Shown: in pieces, positions 59,267 through 64,000 of the stretch
How the letters are laid out: each line of letters begins with the position of its first letter
Numbering within the stretch: position 1 is the first letter of the stretch
Virus record (IMG/VR): IMGVR_UViG_3300020154_000003
Location: 62,001 to 126,000 of that record
Strand: one strand, 5' to 3'
DNA length: 64,000 nt
The notes under the pieces: generated by a model
Told to the model about the DNA's origin: nothing
What the model saw: only the letters and a program-made list of their open reading frames with translations
Databases searched by the model: none
Position numbers and translations under genes: made by a program

Positions 59267-59431
59267 CACAATGAAAAGATTGAAAAAGACACAATATTGT
59301 ATTTATTGTAAGGAACAAAAAATACACCCCGCATTTAAAGAGGAACTTTTGTGTGGTACTTGTGCTAGTGATTGCTTTGAAGACTATCGAGATAGAATTT
59401 CAACGTATCATAAAAATAAAATTTCTATAAT

Positions 59432-59514
59432 GCCCTCATGATGTAACGGTAGCCATGCTGGTCTAAGAAGCCAGTGCTGTAAAAGGCGTGTCAGTTCGAA
59501 TCTGACTGAGGGTA
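59432..59514 (+). tRNA. tRNA-Leu(AAG)
   Basis: CTGGT-CTAAGAA-GCCAG, long arm, A73. Confidence 0.88.
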
Positions 59515-59691
59515 CAAAAACTTAAAATTTAATATGGCAGTTTATAGACCAGTATGTATTTGTCCTGATTGTGGAAAACCGTTTGAAGAAGTACACAAAC
59601 AGTATGATCCTTCTGTAGTGTTTGTTGGAGATACTTTTATGTATTATGATTTCGATGGACATGTCTGCGAAAGGAAGGAAGAAGAAGTTGA

Positions 59692-59901
59692 ATGAAAGAA
59701 TATGAACCATACCATGTTTGGATGTATAGAAAAGCACCCGAACTTCCTGTTGATTACATATTGAGCAATAAGGAGTGTATGGATTATTTGATGAAGGATG
59801 ATAATTTATTTGATTGGTTGGAAGTTTTAGTTGCTCTTAAAGAGCATAACATGATGGTTGAAATTGCGGATAAGAACCTCGATGAAATCCTATCTACTTA
59901 A
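59692..59901 (+). CDS. hypothetical protein
   Basis: 69 aa ORF. Confidence 0.5.
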   Translation: MKEYEPYHVWMYRKAPELPVDYILSNKECMDYLMKDDNLFDWLEVLVALKEHNMMVEIADKNLDEILST

Positions 59902-59905
59902 GAAA

Positions 59906-60148
59906 ATGGAAGACTTGTTTTTTGATAGTTATTACGATGAACTAATCTCTGAAAGAGAGAATGAGATAACTAGGAAAGCATTATTAAGTAATAGAATTTT
60001 AAAAGGATCAATGTATATGGATGTAGGATATGTTTATGCACCATACATACCTATAACTACAACACCATTGACCGTTAACCCAAATATTGTGGGTCGATAT
60101 AAAAAGAAGTGCGTTATGGGAAAATATTATGGAAGACTCGTTCTTTGA
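59906..60148 (+). CDS. small protein carrying a copy of the major-capsid C-terminal motif
   Basis: KGSMYMDVGYVYAPYIP...RYKKK...YYG vs capsid KGSSILESGYIYAPYVP...RYAKK...YFG. Confidence 0.7.
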   Translation: MEDLFFDSYYDELISERENEITRKALLSNRILKGSMYMDVGYVYAPYIPITTTPLTVNPNIVGRYKKKCVMGKYYGRLVL

Positions 60149-60344
60149 TGAGTATGAAGAATTAATACGTAAAAGAGAAAAACAGGTAACTGATCACGCC
60201 TTTGCAATGAACAAGTTAGATCGTTCAATGGGCGACATACAACAAAAACTAGTATTATTAGGTACATCAATAAATAATTTTGGTGAGGTACTTACTACAC
60301 ACAATCTGAAATTAGAAGAAGTTCTAAAAAAGATGAAAAAATAA
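60129..60344 (+). CDS. hypothetical protein, N-terminus paralogous to 59906 ORF
   Basis: MEDSFFDEYEELIRKREKQVT vs MEDLFFDSYYDELISERENEIT. Confidence 0.6.
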   Translation: MEDSFFDEYEELIRKREKQVTDHAFAMNKLDRSMGDIQQKLVLLGTSINNFGEVLTTHNLKLEEVLKKMKK

Positions 60345-60347
60345 TTA

Positions 60348-60430
60348 GCCCCCGTGGTGGAACGGCAGACACAGCAGACTTAGAATCTGCCGCCTTCAGT
60401 GGCATGAGAGTTCGAATCTCTCCGGGGGCA
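60348..60430 (+). tRNA. tRNA-Leu(TAG)
   Basis: GCAGA-CTTAGAA-TCTGC. Confidence 0.93.
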
Positions 60431-60557
60431 CTATGAAAGAATTTAAATTTAAAATCAGATTTTATTACTGGTACTGGTTTACATTCTCTAACTGGAAATA
60501 TTTCTTGAGATTCATACTCCTATTTCCAATCATGTACTGGTTAACACAATTTATATT

Positions 60558-60779
60558 ATGAAAAATTGGGGAAATATTTTTAATATTGAATCTAAAGATG
60601 GAACATGGGAAATCACTCATCATGAGGAAGATAATATCCTGTCATTTCAATTTTGGAATTATGAGAATCAAGGAACAGAGGGAGAGAAACTAAAAAATAA
60701 GAAATATATGTTTCTTACCTATGAACAAGCTAACTCATTGATCGATTTTATTGAGGAAGTAAAAAAGAGGGTAGAATAA
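60558..60779 (+). CDS. hypothetical protein
   Basis: 73 aa ORF. Confidence 0.5.
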   Translation: MKNWGNIFNIESKDGTWEITHHEEDNILSFQFWNYENQGTEGEKLKNKKYMFLTYEQANSLIDFIEEVKKRVE

Positions 60780-60786
60780 AATAAAT

Positions 60787-60861
60787 GCACGTATGGCTGA
60801 GTGGTCAAAAGCATCTGCCTGCAAAGCAAAAAAATCGTTGGTTCGAATCCAACTACGTGCT
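60787..60861 (+). tRNA. tRNA-Cys(GCA)
   Basis: Loop CTGCAAA, U73. Confidence 0.85.
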
Positions 60862-60862
60862 C

Positions 60863-61258
60863 TTACAATTCGTATAATTTTTTCAGATTTTTTTCCTGTA
60901 CATACATTTTGATGAAGTTACCAGCCTTCACATTGGCTTCGTCTTCAGCAAACCCGCCAATCGCGGTATAGTTGTCACCGATCTGGCCCTTATCTTCCTG
61001 CTTCTTATGCACCATCTCGTGAGCGATGGTTTTGAGAATGTCAACCAAGGCTCTGCCTTCAGCGACAGCCCAAATAGTATCATCATTTCTTTGGTAAAGG
61101 CCAGTACTGCATCCTTCCTTTTCTCCCCTTTTGACGAGAAATATATTAATGTCGTTCTGGAAGGGTAGTTTGGTGGTTACGAATTTGGCAAAATCCAGCA
61201 TGAAATCCAGATATTCATCTGAAAGTTGTAAGGACGGTTTTTTATGGATTTTTATCAT
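60863..61258 (-). CDS. HExxH zinc metallopeptidase-like protein
   Basis: TIAHEMVH.KQ...EDEAN. Confidence 0.7.
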   Translation of the reverse strand: MIKIHKKPSLQLSDEYLDFMLDFAKFVTTKLPFQNDINIFLVKRGEKEGCSTGLYQRNDDTIWAVAEGRALVDILKTIAHEMVHKKQEDKGQIGDNYTAIGGFAEDEANVKAGNFIKMYVQEKNLKKLYEL

Positions 61259-61428
61259 TTCTTCAAATGCATTAAGCGGATCAAAGCACCTACTTTATTC
61301 CATTTATACCCGTGATTATAGAGATTTATTAAATTCTGCTTTTTATCTCCCGTGGGTTTTGGTGGTGTTTTTGCCATTATATTGATAAATACTGCAACAA
61401 AAATCAAAATAAGTCGTATAATTGCACA

Positions 61429-61536
61429 TAGTCTTTCATCCAACCGGAATCCTAAATGTTCAAACCGACTATTGGGCTATGACACAGGGAAGGTCGGCAC
61501 TCCTGTGTATTCAAGGTGGAACCTTGTGGAGGATTA
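61429..61536 (+). ncRNA. candidate pseudoknotted RNA
   Basis: Closing TAGTCTTTCA/TGGAGGATTA; ACACAGG/CCTGTGT hairpin with loop GGTCGG complementary to upstream CCGAC; promoter 61396-61418. Confidence 0.45.
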
Positions 61537-61539
61537 TAC

Positions 61540-61612
61540 GTCTTAGTAGCACAATTGGCGGTGCAACGATCTCTAAAATCGGAGGATGCGGGTTCGATCC
61601 CCGCCTAAGGCA
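61540..61612 (+). tRNA. amber suppressor tRNA (CTA)
   Basis: GTCTTAG/CTAAGGC acceptor; CGAT-CTCTAAA-ATCG. Confidence 0.85.
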
Positions 61613-61613
61613 C

Positions 61614-61797
61614 AAATAATTCTCCTGCTTGAAAGCCATACAACCACGAATATGACCTATTCGCTTGACAAAGACCAGTTCTGTTCCAGCAGTTAATGGT
61701 GGCCTAGGGATAAGATGAATCCATTAGGATGGAACCTCGTAAGAGTGATAAGAATTACGTCTTATTCCAATCTGGAAGTTGGACAGGAGAATTATTT
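61614..61797 (+). ncRNA. 184-nt RNA candidate (6S-sized)
   Basis: Perfect 14-bp closing stem AAATAATTCTCCTG/CAGGAGAATTATTT. Confidence 0.5.
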
Positions 61798-61894
61798 AAA
61801 TTGTATTGTTTTTTTGAAATGTAGTATTTACTTTTACTAAAATTCAGACCCTTAAGGTCTGGTTTTGAAATAATATTACATTTTCAAGAAGATA

Positions 61895-62674
61895 ATGAAA
61901 GCAAAAAAAACTAAGAAAACTGCTAAAACCAGCACAAAAAGACCCGCCAAGAAGAAGCCTACCGCAAAAGCAAAAGCCTCATCAAAGACCAAAGCGAAAG
62001 CTAAGGTTAAATCCAAATTGGATTATACACACATAATCGCAGTACTGGACAAATCCAGTTCTATGCATTCAGTAGCGAATGCTGCCATGAAAGGTTTTAA
62101 TGAATTCCTGACATCACAAAAAGCCTTAAAAGGGAAAGCCACTATGGACGTGTTATTGTTCAGTAGTGCTGATAAAATCGACTATATCTCGCAGGGTGTT
62201 GACATCAGTGAGGTTGCTGAATTAACCTCTGAGACTTATCGTCCTCAGGGCACTACAGCATTATTCGATGCAATCGTGAAAGCCACTTCAACTTACAAAC
62301 TGAAGTATGATGAATTGAAGCCTTCAAAGAGACCCGATAAGATTTTGGTAATTGCTATTACTGATGGAGAAGAAAATAGCAGCACAGAATTTCCTATAAG
62401 TAAAGTTGGTGATGTCAAAGCATTGATCACAAAACGTAAGTCGGAAAACTGGCAGTTTATGTTCTTGTGCTCGACTGAAGATGCCGTGTTAACTGGCGAA
62501 TCTCTTGGAGTTTCAAGAGGTAACACAATGCAGTTTACCAATAGCGATCTTGGTAATCAAGCCATGTACTCTGCTGTGGCATCTGCTGCGACCATGTACA
62601 GATCGACTTCACTGAGAAGTAAGAGTTTTAGCAAGGTCAGCGATAATTTGCTGGCTGAGGATGATATTTCCTAA
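61895..62674 (+). CDS. vWA domain protein with Lys/Ala-rich N-tail
   Basis: MIDAS LDKSSSM, GTTALFDAI, ITDGEENSS. Confidence 0.88.
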   Translation: MKAKKTKKTAKTSTKRPAKKKPTAKAKASSKTKAKAKVKSKLDYTHIIAVLDKSSSMHSVANAAMKGFNEFLTSQKALKGKATMDVLLFSSADKIDYISQGVDISEVAELTSETYRPQGTTALFDAIVKATSTYKLKYDELKPSKRPDKILVIAITDGEENSSTEFPISKVGDVKALITKRKSENWQFMFLCSTEDAVLTGESLGVSRGNTMQFTNSDLGNQAMYSAVASAATMYRSTSLRSKSFSKVSDNLLAEDDIS

Positions 62675-62683
62675 ATTTAATTA

Positions 62684-62977
62684 ATGGGTGGTATGAATAA
62701 TACCATCCATTTTTTTATGAAACGAAAGAAAGAACCAGTACCAATATTTCGAGATTACGTAGTGTTCTATGAGGTTAAGAATGATAAAAACTCTACCAAA
62801 TGGGACATGTTATGGCGAGAAACAGGCGAAAAGGCAGGTGATGTAGAATTTTTTAAAGATAAATTCGACACTTATGTTTATAATGTTTTCCCACAATTTA
62901 AGCGTTTAAGCGGGGTTTGGGTTGATCTCAGGAAACTTATAAAAGAAAAATCTGGTCACGACATTGCAAAATTCTAA
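62684..62977 (+). CDS. hypothetical protein
   Basis: ORF; true start probably at a downstream Met. Confidence 0.5.
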   Translation: MGGMNNTIHFFMKRKKEPVPIFRDYVVFYEVKNDKNSTKWDMLWRETGEKAGDVEFFKDKFDTYVYNVFPQFKRLSGVWVDLRKLIKEKSGHDIAKF

Positions 62978-63000
62978 AACATTTTTTAGATTTGCACGTA
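62978..63000 (+). promoter_or_regulatory. AAC-N16-CGTA promoter of amber-island operon
   Basis: AAC ATTTTTTAGATTTGCA CGTA. Confidence 0.7.
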
Positions 63001-63022
63001 TATATAGAAAACACCAAAAATC

Positions 63023-63403
63023 ATGAAAAAAGAACTGTAGATTTCCAATCCTAGCGATCTTAAACTGGTAACCATTACCAGACAAGACCTACCAATGGGC
63101 GCAATCATTGCCCAAACAGTACATTCAACAGCATCATTTGCCATCCAGTACCCTGACAAATTTCGTCATTGGGAACAAACATCAAACTACGTAGCGTGTC
63201 TAGCTGCAAAGGATGAGCAAGAACTACTCAAGTATTACGACCGATTAATAAAGGCAGGAGCCGATGTGGTATTATTCCGTGAACCCGACATGGATAACCA
63301 AGCAACATCCCTATGCTTTTACGGCACTCCTGAGTTTCGGAAAATTACAAGCAGTTTACCATTAATGTTCAAGCAGAAGAAGGAGGTGGCTATGGCAGCA
63401 TAA
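63023..63403 (+). CDS. peptidyl-tRNA hydrolase Pth2-like, with in-frame TAG at codon 6
   Basis: MKKEL*ISNPSDLKLVTITRQDLPMGAIIAQTVHS...FREPDMDNQATSL. Confidence 0.8.
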
Positions 63404-63411
63404 TTTCACAT

Positions 63412-63486
63412 CCTTTGGTAGCTTAAGCTGGTTAAAGCCCATGACTGATCCTCATGGAGATGGTTGTTCGAATCGGCCCCAAAGGA
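63412..63486 (+). tRNA. atypical tRNA (GAT anticodon, loop CTGATCC)
   Basis: CCTTTGG/CCAAAGG acceptor; CATGA/TCATG stem; C37. Confidence 0.7.
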
Positions 63487-63493
63487 CTTAAAA

Positions 63494-63573
63494 CCTCGTG
63501 TAGCTTAGTGGTCTAAAGCAGCATACTTATAATATGCCTATCGTCTTAAACGGTTCGAATCCTACCACGAGGA
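63494..63573 (+). tRNA. tRNA-Ile(TAT)-like
   Basis: GCATA-CTTATAA-TATGC; poorly paired T stem. Confidence 0.65.
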
Positions 63574-63585
63574 CTTTAAAAAAAT

Positions 63586-63658
63586 GAGAGTATGGCTCAG
63601 TGGTTAGAGCAAGGACTTCTAAACTCCTAGGTCGTGGGTTCGAATCCCACTACTCTCT
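63586..63658 (+). tRNA. amber suppressor tRNA (CTA)
   Basis: GAGAGTA/TACTCTC acceptor; AGGAC-TTCTAAA-CTCCT (C31:C39 mismatch). Confidence 0.75.
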
Positions 63659-63677
63659 CTCAATAAAATAAAAAGTT

Positions 63678-64000
63678 ATGAAAACAATTAGAGAAACAAG
63701 TCAACCAGTAATCGATGCTCTTTTGAAGCATGTCGATCTTTGTGATGATCATTAGATACTTGAACCTTCAGCAGGCTTCGGTAATCTTGCGGATGGAATC
63801 GTAAGAGCGTGTCCTGACATAAAAGTTGATTGTGTCGAATTGAATGAACGCAACGTACAAATTCTCAAGGAGAAAGGGCATAACGTAGTTGGTCGTGACT
63901 TCTTTCACTTCAAAACAGAAAAGAAGTACTGGTACATCATCGCAGCACCAAACTTCAAAGACAATATTGATGTCGAACACATCATGAAGATGTACACACA
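63678..64000 (+). CDS. SAM-dependent methyltransferase with in-frame TAG at codon 26 (runs off window)
   Basis: MKTIRETSQPVIDALLKHVDLCDDH*ILEPSAGFGNLA...VDCVELN...GRDFF...IIAAPNF. Confidence 0.75.

Overview
Fragment of a large T4-like (jumbo) dsDNA phage genome. A Bacteroidota host is likely: TAnnTTTG -7 promoters and A-rich start contexts without Shine-Dalgarno sequences. 1-26.8 kb is the virion module: gp13-like neck (truncated), SF1 helicase, major capsid, scaffold, prohead protease, baseplate-hub-like protein, SLT+M15 lysin, portal, large terminase and likely internal head proteins. 27-64 kb holds about 50 tRNA genes, several atypical tRNA-like or structured RNAs, tRNA-repair/translation genes (Pnk, HNH-RNA ligase, cyclic-phosphate receiver, Pth2) and many small ORFs. 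Main finding: the tRNAs are sorted into four operons (Gln/His/Pro; Asp/Glu/Ala/Val/Met/Leu-UUR; Lys/Tyr; Trp/Asn/Phe/Thr/Arg/Ile/Ser/Gly/Cys/Leu-CUN) that together cover all 20 amino acids. Each operon starts with promoter + short leader ORF + antiterminator + intrinsic terminator, and each leader is packed with the codons read by its own operon's tRNAs. This looks like ribosome-mediated attenuation that switches on phage tRNA sets on demand. Second finding: a local amber island (61.5-64 kb) with two CUA-anticodon tRNAs next to a Pth2 gene and a methyltransferase gene that each contain an in-frame TAG. All calls come from reading the sequence by eye; no searches were run.
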